A stretch of 64,000 nucleotides of DNA from Scyliorhinus canicula (taxonomy: Eukaryota), in assembly GCF_902713615.1 (NCBI RefSeq), contig NC_052146.1, positions 309,892,335-309,956,334 on the forward strand. Direction: 5' to 3'. Made by a program: the position numbers and the translations under genes. The notes below the pieces were generated by a model. The model was not told where the DNA came from. It searched no databases and worked only from the letters and a program-made list of their open reading frames with translations. The first letter of the stretch is position 1, and each line of letters begins with the position of its first letter. Below are positions 51,330 through 64,000 of this stretch, piece after piece.

Positions 51330-53880
51330 CCTGGGGCCTAACCAGCGTTTTATACAGCTCCAGCACAACCTCCCTGCTCTTCTGTTCAATGCCTCGGTTA
51401 ATAAAGACAAGAATCCCATTGTCCTTCTTAACCACCTTACCAACCTCTCCTGCTGCCTTCTGAGATCTGTGAACCTGCACACCAAGGTCCCTTTGATCCT
51501 CTCTACTTCCCAGGATCCGACCATTCATTGGATATTCCCTTGCCTTGTTAGTCCTCCCAAAATACATCACCTCACACTTTTCATGGTTCAATTCCATTTG
51601 CCACTCTTCTGCCCATCTAACCAGCCTGTCCCGGTAATGATACTAACCTTGGCCAAAACCATCAGCATATCCTCGTGCCGTATCCCTCTGTACCCATCCT
51701 ATTCATGTATTTGTCAAGTTGCCTTTTGAACGCCATTAATGTATCGGCTTCCACAACCTCCCCTGGCAACACCCTCTGCGTACAGAATCCTGCCTCTCAC
51801 ATCTCCTCTAACCTTTGCCCACGGACCTTAAACCTATACCGCCTGGCGACTAACCCCTCTACCCTGGGAAAGAGTGCCTGCCCATCCACTCTATCCATGC
51901 CTGTCATGATCTTGCAGACCTCTATCAGGTCACCACAACCTTGGGGTTCTAATGAAAACAGTCCGAGTCAATTCAGTCTCTCTGCACAGCAAACACCCTC
52001 CAGATCAGGCAACATCCTGGTAAACCTCCATTGCACCCTCTCCAAATCCTCCACATCCTTCTGGTAGTGGGGCAACCAGAATTGTGCACAATATTCCAAG
52101 AGCAGCCTTGCCAAAGTTCCATTCAAATGTAGCATGACTTGCCAGTTATTATACTCTGTGCCCCATCCAATGAAGGCAAGAATTCCGTCTGCTTTCTTGA
52201 CTACCTTGTCTACTTGTGTTGCCACATTCAAAGATCTGTGGACCAGCTCACCCAGATCTCTCTGTCTTTCTATATTCCTCAGAGTTTACCATTATGGTAT
52301 ATTTCTGCCCTATGTTAGACCTACCAAAATGCATTAACTCACATTTGTCTGGATTAAACTCCATTTGCCATTTCTCTGCCCAAGTCTCCAACCTATCTAT
52401 GTCCTCCTGTATCTTCTGACAATCCCCAACACTATCTGCCAATCCTTGGTGTCATCCGCAAACTTACTAATCACACCAGCTACATTTTCCTCCAAATCGT
52501 TTATGTATACTCCAAACAACAGAGGCCCCATCACAGATCCCTGTGGAACACCACTAGTCCCAAAATTCCATTCAGAAAAACACCCTTCTACTGCTACCTT
52601 TGCCTTCTGTGACCGAGTCAGTTCTGTATCCATCTTACCACCTCACCTCTGATCCCGTGTGACTTCACCTTTTGTACCAGTCTGTCATGAGGCACCTTGT
52701 CAAAGGCTTTACTGAAGTCCATATAAACAACATCCATCACCCTCCCCTCATCAATCATCTTTGTCACCTCCTCAAAAAACTCAATCAAGTTAGTGAGGCA
52801 CGACCTCCCCTTCACAAAAACATGCTGTCTGTCGCTAATGAGTGATTTGTTTACAAATGGGTGGAAATCTGTCCTTGAAAATCCCCTCCAACAGTTTAGC
52901 TACTCCTGACGTGAGGCTCACCGGCCTATAGGTTCCAGGATTATCCCTGCTACTTTTCTTTAAAAGCCGTACCACATTAGCTATTCACCAGATCTCTGGG
53001 ATCTCACCTGTAGCCAATGAGGATACAAAGATGTCAGTCAAGGCCCCAGCAATTTCCTCCCTTGCTCCCCTCAGTATTCTGGGGTAAATCCCATTTGGCC
53101 CAGAAGACATATAAACCTTAATATATTTTAAAAGACTCAATATCCCTTCCTTTTCGCTGTCAACATGACCCAGACTGTCCACACACCCAACCAAGAATCA
53201 TCTTCCACAAAGTCCTATTTTTTGGTGAATACTGATGCAAAATATTCATTTAGTACTCATCCATTTCCTCTGGCTCAACACATAGATACCTCCCACTGTC
53301 CTTAAGTGATCCAATCCTTTCCATGGCCACCCTCTTGCTTTATACATATGAATAAAAAGCTTTGAGATTCACCTTAATTCTACCTGCCAATGACGTTTCA
53401 TGACCCCTCCGAGCTCTCCTAATTTCACGCTTAAGTACCTTCCAACTTTCTTTATACTCCTCAATGGTTTTGACTGTCCCCACCATTCTAGACCGTACAA
53501 AAGCCTCATTTTTCTTTTTGACGGGGTTCACAATATCCCTCGTTGTCATCTGTGAAGTTACTTTCATACCTCCTACATTCACATCCAGATCATTGATGTA
53601 CACGACAAACAACAAGGGACCCAGCACCGATCCCTGTGGAACATCATTGGACACAGATTTCCAGTCACAAAAACAACCTTCAATCATCACCCTCCGCCTC
53701 CTACCACTGAGCCAGGTTTGGATCCAATTGGACAAATTGCCCTGGATCGCATGGGCTCTTACCTTCTTCATCAGCCTATCGCGTGGCACTTTGTCAAAAG
53801 TCTTACTGAAGTCCATGTAGACGACATCAACTGAATCATCTACAAACCTAGTCACTTCCTCAAATAATTCAATCACATTT
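51330..53880 (-). mobile_element. Stacked CR1 fragments
   Basis: Repeated RT ([19 protein letters not shown]) and 3'-end motifs. Confidence 0.85.
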
Positions 53881-54096
53881 GGGAGACCTGGGCAGGATAC
53901 TCCGTTTCTGAGACTAAGTGTTGACACCAACACAGAATTAGTGAAATTTCACGACAGCAAAACTGACGCCGTACCTGGATCGATTCAGCGACTGTGGAGG
54001 GGCAGCACCGGCACCACGTGGAACACAATCGATTCCAGTGAGAAACGGTGCAGGATTAGCCAGGACCATGATTGACACTCGGGAGGCTGACAAGCT

Positions 54097-55750
54097 GCAG
54101 CCGCACATACACATTACACTCCCCACACACACTCATCCCAGCCGCACACACACATTACACTCCCCACACACACTCATCCCAGCCGCACACACACATTACA
54201 CTCCCCACACACACTCATCCCAGCCGCACATTCACATTACACTCCCCACACACACTCATCCCAGCCCCACACACACATTACACTCCCCACACACACTCAT
54301 CCCAGCCACACACACACATTACACTCCCCACACACACTCATCCCAGCCGCACACACACATTACACTCCCCACACACACTCATCCCAGCCGCACACACACA
54401 TTACACTCCCCACACACACTCATCCCAGCCTCACACACACATTACACTCCCCACACACACTCATCCCAGCCGCACACACACATTACACTCCCCACACACA
54501 CTCATCCCAGCCATACACACACATTACACTCCCCACACACACTCATCCCAGCCACACACACATTACACCCCCACACACACTCATCCCAGCCGCACATACA
54601 CATTACACTCCCCACACACACTCATCCCAGCCGCACATACACATTACACTCCCCACACACACTCATCCCAGCCGCACACACACATTACACTCCCCACGCA
54701 CACTCATCCCAGCCGCACACACACATTACACTCCCCACGCACACTCATCCCAGCCGCACATACACATTACACTCCCCACACACACTCATCCCAGCCGCAC
54801 ACACACATTACACTCCCCACGCACACTCATCCCAGCCGCACACACACATTACACTCCCCACACACACTCATCCCAGCCGCACATACACATTACACTCCCC
54901 ACACACACTCATCCCAGCCGCACACACACATTACACTCCCCACACACACTCATCCCAGCCGCACACACACATTACACTCCCCACATACACTCATCCCAGC
55001 CGCACACGCACATTACACTCTCCACACACACTCATCCCAGCCACACACACATTACACTCCCCACACACACTCATCCCAGCCGCACACACATTACACTCCC
55101 CACACACACTCATCCCAGCCGCACACACACATTACACTCCCCACACACACTCATCCCAGCCGCACACACACATTACACTCCCCACACACACTCATCCCAG
55201 CCGCACACACACATTACACTCCCCACACACACATCCCAGTCGCACACACACATTACACTCCCCACACACACTCATCCCAGCCGCACACACACATTACACT
55301 CCCCACACATGCTCATCCCAGCCACACACACACATTACACTCCCCACACATGCTCATCCCAGCCACACACACACATTACACTCCCCACACATGCTCATCC
55401 CAGCCACACACACACATTACACTCCCCACACACACATCCCAGTCGCACACACACATTACACTCCCCACACACACTCATCCCAGCCGCACACACACATTAC
55501 ACTCCCCACACACACTCATCCCAGCCACACACACACATTACACTCCCCACACACACTCATCCCAGCAACACACACACATTACACTCCCCACACACAGTCA
55601 TCCCAGCCGCACACACACATTACACTCCCCACACCACTCATCCCAGCCACACACACACATTACACTCCCCACACACACTCATCCCAGCAACACACACACA
55701 TTACACTCCCCACACACACTCATCCCAGCCGCACACACACATTACACTCC
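54097..55750. repeat. 41-bp minisatellite, about 40 copies
   Basis: Unit AGCCGCACACACACATTACACTCCCCACACACACTCATCCC with variant units; GC-rich transposon-like flanks. Confidence 0.95.
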
Positions 55751-56715
55751 TCCCGCACACTTATCTCAGACAACAAGATGGCACTGGTTGTACTGGAGCG
55801 TGTCCACACAGCTGATGGGTCGGCTGGGGCCAGAGGGCACCTAGGGGGTTCTCTGGGGGAGGGACCTCTACATCCCCTGACCCTAAGTTCACAGTGGGCT
55901 GTTAGCTGCATGGCTGCCTTGCCGGCTGCGGCAATGGTGTTCCGTGCCCGTCCACCCCGACCCCACAGCCCACCTCCTGGCCGCCTCCTGCCCCTCCCCC
56001 CGTCCCTGGCAGAAGCCCCCGGTGCAGAGGTATAAAAAGAGGGCCATGATAAATCGCGAGGCTTGCTGGACATTATATTTGGTCAATTTAGGATTCCAGC
56101 TTACTTCAGCAGCTAACGCTGATCAAGCTGTCAACCTTCACAACCACATGTTGCAAACGTTTCTGTAGAAACATAGACCACCCATTTCCTTGTTAAAATA
56201 TAAATACAATAAGGGTGAGATGTCCAACACCAGGCATGAAAATAGCAAAGGGGACAAGGGGAGGTCATCCCTTATAAGGGAATACGACCTTAAAGATGAA
56301 TGCTGGTTGGATGACAATGTTAAAGTGATTAATCAGATAAGAATAACAATGCTGAAAAGGTGTCGACAAACAGGAAATTATGTGTGACGACTCTTCACAG
56401 CTCTGCTTGAGAAAAGGAGTCGTTCTAGCGTACAGACTGAGTGAGGATATTTAGGAATCTGGATCAAAGCGGGAATTTGGTGCAGAGGGGAAGGAGTTGC
56501 TTATTTGCTCTGTAACTTTTCCACCCTTCAGAAAGTTGCCTTGTTCTGCTACAGGAGAGCAGCGAGTTATTTGATGAGTATTTCACCTGCAGTGAGGCAG
56601 CATTTGGGGAAGACGACAAACTCAAGGACACAGGAAATTGATAAATTGATTGGCTGGTCAGTGTGAGGAGCAGTGTGTGAAAATCCAGTGTCTGGAATAA
56701 GGGAAAGTTAGGACC

Positions 56716-57636
56716 TATATACTGAGGCAATACAAGTACCAACGTAGAATAGAGTACCTCTATTCTCTGTTTCTCTGGTTCTAAATATGGCGGTCAATAT
56801 GGTCACCTTCCTTAATCCTAATTACGTTTGTTTTAGAGTCGCCAGGTATCTGTCGATACTGCCACAAGGTTCAGACCCGAATACTGATTAAAGAGCCAAT
56901 ATACCAGTTAGTTAGCTCAAAGTCAATACTATTTATTTACACACACAATAATATCTTCGCATGCACAAAATACTACAGACTAAACTATCTCTAACACTAA
57001 CGCCTATACTTAGCTTCGGGTGCCCACTCAGTCAGAGGAACAATGGCCGTTGTTCGGATCTGAGGCTGTTGGGTTCGAAGGTATACAGGAGAACAGCTAA
57101 GGTCGTCCGTCTGGTAGCGAGCGTTGACCTTGGACTCACTTGCTTCTGCTGCAGCTGGTGGATGGGTCTGTCCACTTTGAGAGCCAAGTCCAAGAGAGCG
57201 ATTCTCTCTCGGGGGTTTCTTCTCATACCCGAAGGGGCTTCGCGAGCTTTTGGGCGGGCCTTGAACTTGGCCCCAATTAATTGGGCCTGCTTCCTGATCA
57301 CTCATATTGATCTTGACCAAGAAAGGGGTGGGTGCCCTGATGGCTGGGCGTGTCCTAGGTGACTGTTGGCCTTGCTTTGTTTACGCTTTTGGTTTGGGGA
57401 ACTGGCTCCGGGGTGTCTGGAGCTAGATCGGTTGCTTGAGTGTCTTTCCTTTGTTCCCAGAGATGGGCCATCAATATGTCAATTGATCTACAGTTTCTGT
57501 CTCGTCTGGGAGCTGCCTTCTCCAATACGCAGACAGGCTCTGTGCCTGCTTGCTTTCTTAACATTGTCCATAGTACCCGACAGTCTTTGCGAGCATCCAT
57601 TTTGTATTCTGGAAGTGGCCATCCCAGATGGCTACA
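56716..57636 (-). mobile_element. Solo LTR (about 0.9 kb), probable 4-bp TSD GACC
   Basis: Ends ...AGATGGCTACA like the 11547 family. The other terminus reads TA instead of TG, and GACC flanks both sides. Confidence 0.6.
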
Positions 57637-57639
57637 GAC

Positions 57640-60360
57640 CCTGTGGTGGGGCCGCACTGCTTACAGTGGGAAGGATGACCCAGGTGATGGCTGTGGAGCT
57701 GGATAAGCAGTTTGCGAGGCACATGGAGGCGTTGAGGAAGGAGATGGCGGTCGCACTGAGATCATTGGTGGAGGAGGCAATCGCCCCGGTGAGGGTGGAT
57801 GTGGCAAAGACATCGGCTGAGGTGAGAGAGCAGGGCGAGAAGATGAAGGAAGTGGAGGAGGCCATGTCGCAACACAGCGACCAGCTCACCTCGATGGGAG
57901 ACAAACTCCAGAGGGTGGTGGAGGCCAACAGAGGACTCAGAGCAAAATTCAAGGACTTGGAGAACCGCTCGAGGCGGCAAAATCTGAGAATTGTGGGCTT
58001 AGCTGAAGGGGCAGAGCGGTCAAGGCCAACAGAACTTTGCTGAGAGGCTGGTGGAGGTGATGGTGGAGGGTGAAGACCCCTCCCGGTATGAAGTGGACCG
58101 AGCCCATCGGTCGTTAAGGCCGAAACCCAAAGTAAACGAGCCGCCGAGAGCAGTAATTATCTGCTTCCATAAATACCACATGAAGGAGAAGGTGTTAAAC
58201 TGGGCGAAGCAGAAGCGGGAGGTGCAGTGGGATGGTGCCAGGGTTCGGTTTTACCAGGACTTGACGGTGGAGTTGGTAAAGAGACAAGTGGCGTTCAGCC
58301 GGGTGGAGGAGGCACTGTACAACAAGGGACTGTGATTTGGTACGGTATACCCGGCAAAGCTGAGGGTGACGTACAAAGCCAAAGATTTTTAGTTTAAAAG
58401 GGTGGAGGCGGCTGAGGCGTTCATGAAGGCAGAATTCTTGGGTCAGAAGTGAGGAGTGGAGCTGGAAGTGAGATCGTGGACTGTGATTGGGGAGCTGGAA
58501 AATGTATAAATGTTATAACTTTCTTTTCACCGACATGGGGGGAGGGGGTTCGATGTTCATAATGGAAAAGGACGGGTCAGGCTTACGGGGCAGGGCCTGG
58601 TGGTATGATGATGGTGGATAAGAAGGGGGGGGGGGGGGTGAGAGACCCCCAGTTAGGATAATCACGTGGAACGTGAGGGGGCTGGGAGGCCCAGTCAATA
58701 GGTCAAGGGTGCTGGCGCATCTTAAAAGTTTGGAGGCCGATGTAGCAATGCTGCACGAGACTCACCTGAGGGTGAAGGACAAAGTGAGACTAAGGGCTGG
58801 GTTAGTCAGGTGTTTCATTCTGGATTTGACGGAAGAGCTCGAGGGGTAGGGGTGATGGTCAGCAAAAGGGTACGGTTCCAGATGGAGAAGGTGGGGGCAG
58901 ATCAGGTGGGTAGGTAGGAGAGGAGGAGCTGGAGGGGAGGCGAGTGGCTCTGGTAAGTGTATATGGTCCCAATTGGGACGATGTGGGATTTGCGAAGAAG
59001 GTGTGTGGGGCCATTCCTGACTTGGACACACACAAACTGATAGTGGGTCGGGACTGGAACTTGGTGCAGAAGCCAAACTTGGACAGATCACGGCCGCGCT
59101 CGCTGGCCCCGTCAGGGGGGGCAAAGGCGCTGGCTGGGCTGATGGTGGGAATGGGAGGGGTGGACCCTTGGAGGATTCTGCACCCTAGGGAGCGGGAATA
59201 CTCGTTTTTCTCAGCGGTCCATAAGGTGTACTCGTGGATTGACTTTTTCATGGTGGGGAATGCGCTGCTGGCTGGAGTTAAAGGGTCGGAGTACTCGGCA
59301 ATTGCAATATCAGATCATGCTCCGCATTGGGTGGATCTGGTACTGGAGAAGGGGATGGTACAGAGACCAGGGTGGAAGTTGGATGTGGGATTGTTGGGAG
59401 ACCGAGGATTCTGTGGCAAAATTGAAAAAGTAATCGAGGAATATCTATGTTTTAACTGCGAGGGTGAGGTGTCAAAGGCGGTTGTCTGGGAGGCTTTAAA
59501 GGCGGTGGTGAGGGGTGAGGTGATCTCGTTCAAGGCTAGGCTAGACAAAGAGGAGAGGTTGGAACGTCAGAGGGTAATAGATGAGATGCTGGAGGTAGAC
59601 AGGAGGTATGCAGAAGATAGGGACCCAGCGCAGTTGGGAAAGAGGAAGGCACTCCAGGTGAGCTTTGACCGACTATCTACCAGGAAGGCGGTACGCCAAT
59701 TGAGGTGAGCCAGGGGGGGCAGTTTACGAGCATGGAGAGAAGGCAGGCCACATGTTGGCAGGTCAGCTCCGTAGGGAGGCTGCAGCAAGGGAAATTGTCC
59801 AGGTGCGGGTCAGGGCAGGGAAGTTGGTGGTAGCTCCAGATCAGACTAACAAGGTCTATAAGGAATTCCATGAGAGATTGTACAGGACAGAGCCACCTGG
59901 GGGAGGCCGGGAGATGCAGGAATTTATAGATGGGCTGGAGTACCCGAGGTTAGGGGAGGGGGACAGGGCTACATTAGAGGGGGCGATAATGGAGCAGGAG
60001 ATAAAAGGTGAGTTTGGGAGGATGCAGTCAGGGAAGGTGGCAGGACCGGATGGGTTTCCGGTGGAATATTATAAAAAATTCAAAAATAAGCTGGTATCGC
60101 TGATGGTGGGGATGTTTGAGGAGGCGATAGGGAAGGGGGTGTTACCACAAACCTTGGGGCAGGCATCGATTCCTCTGTTACTTAAGAAAGATAAGGATCC
60201 AACAGAATGTGGGTCGTATAGGCCCATATCACTTTTAAACATGGACGCAAGATATTGGCGAAGGAACTGGCAGGTAGGCTGGAGGAGTGCCTCCCAAAGG
60301 TGATAGGTGAAGATCAGACCGGGTTTGTGAGAGCGAGGCAGCTCTTTTCGAACATTAGGA
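57640..60360 (+). mobile_element. L1/Tx1-clade LINE (ORF1, APE, start of RT), degenerate and 3'-interrupted
   Basis: DLENRSRRQNLRIVGLAEG, VDRAHR, RFYQDL (L1 ORF1p); ITWNVRGL, SDHAP (APE); GPDGFPVEYY, YRPISLLN (RT). Confidence 0.9.
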
Positions 60361-60929
60361 GTGATGTACCGCCAATTACCACGAGACGAGAATGGTGAAA
60401 CAATCGAGGCTTTATTGCACAAGATGTTGTGCCTCCTGCAGCTGGAATCAGAATGGAAGCAGCGCAGGAGAGCATGAAAAATGAAATGAAAATTGCTTAT
60501 TGTCACAAGTGGGCTTCAAATGAGGTTACTGTGAAAAGCCCCTAGTCACCACATTCCGGCACCTGTTCGTGGAGGCTGGTACAGGAATCTATTAGCCTCC
60601 CGAGGGCCCGGGTCCAGTTTCACGGGCACCACTTTAGAGATTCCCCTAAACACCTCCTTCCAGTAATCCTCCAGCTTTGGACTGGACCAAAACATATGAA
60701 CGTGGTTTGCGGGGCCTCCCCCGCAACGTTCACACACATCTTCTACCCCCTCAAAGAGCCGGCTGATCCTCACCCTTGTAAGGTGCGCTCTATATACCAC
60801 CTTCAGCTGTATCAGTCCCAACCTCGCACACGAGGTGGAGGTGATCACCCTGTGGAGCACCTCACACCAGAACCGCTTCTCCATACCATCTCCCAACTCT
60901 TCCTCCCACTTTGCCTTGATCCCTTCAAG

Positions 60930-61349
60930 TGGCGCCTTCTCCTGGATCCACTCAGGGATGACGAAGATGAGGACAATACGCGCCCGGAGTCGCAGGTGGC
61001 CAGGTCGATGTCCACATCACCACCAGGACTGAGGCAGTCACAGCGGAGGGTCAAAGCCCCCGACAGACTTAATCTGTTTTCGTCACCCCCGCCGGATACT
61101 TTTTTAAACAGGGGGTGAATGTGGTAAACACCACTAGTGATATATTGCATGTATTACGGCACTGCCCATGTATTACAGGTACTACGGTAAATCCATGCCT
61201 GCTGGCCCCTCCCAGCAGGCGGTGTATAAAAGTGTATGCTCTCCTGCGCTGCTCATATTCTGGTTCCAGCTGCAGGAGGCACAGCATCGTGTGTAGTAAA
61301 GCCTAGATTGTTTCACCATTCTCGTCCCATGGCAATTGACGGTACATCA
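60930..61349 (+). mobile_element. 3' end and 3' LTR (61120-61349) of a Gypsy element related to 26332-30806; inverted partial LTR at 60362-60478
   Basis: AGGGGGTGAA|TGTGGT PPT/LTR junction identical to the 26332 element; LTR ends ...GTACATCA. Confidence 0.8.
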
Positions 61350-61685
61350 GTATTCCACTTCTTTGCCCACTCTCCCAGCCTGTCCAAGTCCTTCTGCAGC
61401 ACCCCATTTCCTCAATAGTACCTGTCCCTCTACATATCTTTGTTTCATCTGCAAACTTAGCAACAGTGGCTCCAGTTCCTTCCTCCAGATCATTAATGTA
61501 TATTGTGAAAAGCTGTGGTCCCAGCACAGACCCCTGAGGCACATCACTAGTCACCGGCTGCCATCCTGAACGAGACCCCTTTATCCCCCCGTCTGCCTTC
61601 TGCCAGTCAGCCAATCCTCTATCCATACCAGGATCTTACCCTTAACACCATGGGCTCTTAACTTCTTTAACAGACTACTATGCGG

Positions 61686-62662
61686 TGTTGCTCGTTTTAC
61701 TGGAGTGTATTAACACGTCTCCGTTTAAAGGCCGTGTGCTTAACACTACTATGTCCCTGTGTATGTAATTATGCTCAGGAGTCGCCAGGTGCCGTGTTTA
61801 GACACCTCACAAGTATATCAAGGTCAGGTTCAAAGTAATAAATCTGTACACCGGTTAGTAAATCCAAACAATTGATATTTATTATGACAAATATAATAAA
61901 TACACATGCATACGCTAAAGAGACTAACTTACTTCTAATACTAAACAACTAAAATACTTATCTAGACAGGAACAGGCAAGGTCAGGGAGCAAGGCCTTCG
62001 TCCCGTTCTTGGTCTGCAACTCTCAGGTATTTAAAGTCGTCAGGGTCTAGTAAAGTCTGTATCACGTAGAGATCGTTGTGGTGGCACTTACAGTTCGATG
62101 GCTGATGGCTCAACGGCTGGTGATGGAACTGGAGTCAGGATGCGATGTATCAGCAAAGCGAAGCCGGAGCGATGACAACAGCAGAGAGCCGGAGCCAAAA
62201 CAGACTGAACCATGTGCGGGGTCTACTTTTTCGGTCCCGCAAAGTCTGTGCCCCTTCGGGGCGGTCTTTTACCTGCCATGTATCGATTGGGCCTTTTCCC
62301 AATCGATATCTTCCAAACCCCCCAATCTGAGGGTCGCTTCTCGATGGGTGGGGCGGTACCTATGGTTCTTTGTGTTGGATACTATGGTGCCGTTCTGTCT
62401 GGGCGTCTACTCAAAAGTATCCATTCATACTTAAATGTTTCTATTGTGTGGGGTCTGGATCTGGATCACCTCATTACTATGTAGATCTTGTTGCCATTTA
62501 CACCTTTGGCTGATACTCTGCACCTGGCCACAAACTGGTTTCTGGATGTGCAGAATGCTAATTAGTTTTCTGCAAACTGCTTGTCCTTGCTAAGACTGTT
62601 TTCTCCCTGCAGTCTTAGCAGTTCTCCATTTTGTAGCCCAGTGTCCATCTTAGGTGGCTACA
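61686..62662 (-). mobile_element. Solo LTR (977 bp) with 4-bp TSD GCGG, inserted in a CR1 RT (61350-62850)
   Basis: TGTTGCTC...GGTGGCTACA flanked by GCGG/GCGG; CR1 RT sequence continues across the insertion. Confidence 0.85.
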
Positions 62663-62849
62663 GCGGTAACTTGTCAAAGGCTTTCTGGAAATCTAAATAA
62701 ATCACGTCCACTGGTTCTCCTTTGTCTAACTTCCTTGTTATCTCCTCAAAGAACTCTAGCAAATTTGTCAGACATGACCTCCCCTTGACGAAGCCGTGCT
62801 GACTCAGTCCTATTTTACCATGCACTTCCAAATACTCCGTGATCTCATC

Positions 62850-63960
62850 TTTTTTTTTTAAATAATTTTTATTGAAAGAATTTTTTACATGAAAATATTT
62901 ACCCCTACTAACTATGAAATAATACAAAATATTCCCCCTTAATAATATCCCCCCCCATCCGTACTCTCACATATGAGTCGTCCCTCCCCCCCCCTCCCCC
63001 CCCCCCAAAAAAAAAAAAAAAACAACAATCAATATCAAACACGAACTGAGAACGAACTTACACGCATTTCAACAGTGAATAACCCAACACAATCGTTGTT
63101 GCCACCCCCCCCTCCCCCCTCTCCCCTCCCCACCGGGTTGCTGCTGCTGCTACCTCTGTACCCTATCTTCGAGCCAAAAAGTCGAGGAAAGGCTGCCACC
63201 GCCTGAAGAACCCTTGTACTGACCCTCTCAGGGCGAATTTGACCCTCTCTAACTGAATGAAGCTTGCCATGTCGTTAATCCAAGTTTCCACGCTTGGAGG
63301 CCTCGCGTCCTTCCACTGTATTAGTATCCTTCTTCGGGCAACTAGGGACGCAAAGGCCAGTACTCCGGCCTCTCTCGCCTCCTGCACCCCCGGCTCCACC
63401 CTCGCCACCCCCTTCCAGAACTCCTCCAGTGCCGGACATGCCCAAAACATATGGACATGGTTCGCTGGACTTCCCGAACACCTGACACACCTGTCCTCAC
63501 CCCCAAAGAACCGACTCATCCTTGTCCCCGTCATATGGGCTCTATGCAGCACCTTAAATTGGATGAGGCTAAGCCTCGCACACGAGGAGGAGGAATTGAC
63601 CCTTTCCAGGGCATCAGCCCATGTCCCATCCTCTATCTGTTCCCCCAGCTCCCCCTCCCACTTAGCTTTCAGCTCCTCTACTGATGCCTCCTCCGCCTCC
63701 TGCATTACTTTGTATATATCCGATATCCTCCCCCCTCCGACCCAGACCCCCGAGAGCACCCTATCACTCGCCCCCCTGTTGGGGAGCAAGGGAAATCCCT
63801 CCACCTGCCGTCTAGCAAATGCCTTCACCTGCAAATACCTAAACATGTTTCCCGGGGGGAGCCCAAATTTCTCCTCCAACTCTCTCAGGCTCGCAAACCT
63901 CCCATCCACAAACAGATCCTTCAGCCGCCTGATGCCCACTCTGTGCCAGCTCTGAAATCC
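62850..63960 (-). mobile_element. L1/Tx1-clade ORF2 C-terminus and 3' UTR; a related fragment lies at 60590-60900
   Basis: CVRCSGSPANHVHMFWACPALEEFW Cys/His motif in a 258-aa frame, with poly-C/A tail tracts. Confidence 0.85.
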
Positions 63961-64000
63961 CCCGTCAATGTTTCCCCTGTGTCGCCTCCACTGCCCCCAG

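Noticed and set aside
54038-56035. 665-aa and 590-aa His/Thr/Pro-rich ORFs
   Set aside because: They are translations of the 41-bp minisatellite, open in all three frames only because the C/A-rich unit lacks stop codons.

Overview
This is vertebrate genomic DNA dominated by repeats. The CR1 LINEs, tRNA-headed SINEs with CR1-like tails, and Gypsy, L1 and Harbinger fragments point to a cartilaginous fish (shark); this is an inference. Reading splice sites by hand reveals a minus-strand gene that the ORF track mostly misses. Its exons are leader (34878-34929), V-J domain 1 (14314-14658), V-J domain 2 (7385-7729), uncharged TM (5221-5371), cytoplasmic exon with NPVYATV (3492-3535) and cytoplasmic exon (367-419); the gene probably continues off the window start. 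The six exons have canonical AG/GT ends and compatible phases, and join into 990 nt (330 codons) with no stop. The product is a non-rearranging, antigen-receptor-like V-V-TM-tyrosine receptor. Each domain carries its J-like GxGS-L-V-T strand in the same exon, with no RSS and no C domain. An inverted paralogous promoter, leader and intron start lies at 47752-49510 on the + strand, so a second family member is transcribed head-to-head; its V exons were not found in the window. The rest is mostly transposon-derived. It includes a full-length but frameshifted Gypsy element with a 5-bp TSD and a PBS complementary to its own LTR, a Gmr1-type INT-before-RT remnant, several solo LTRs, an L1-type element, an ERV-like remnant and a 41-bp minisatellite. 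No database searches were run, so family names come from recognised motifs only.
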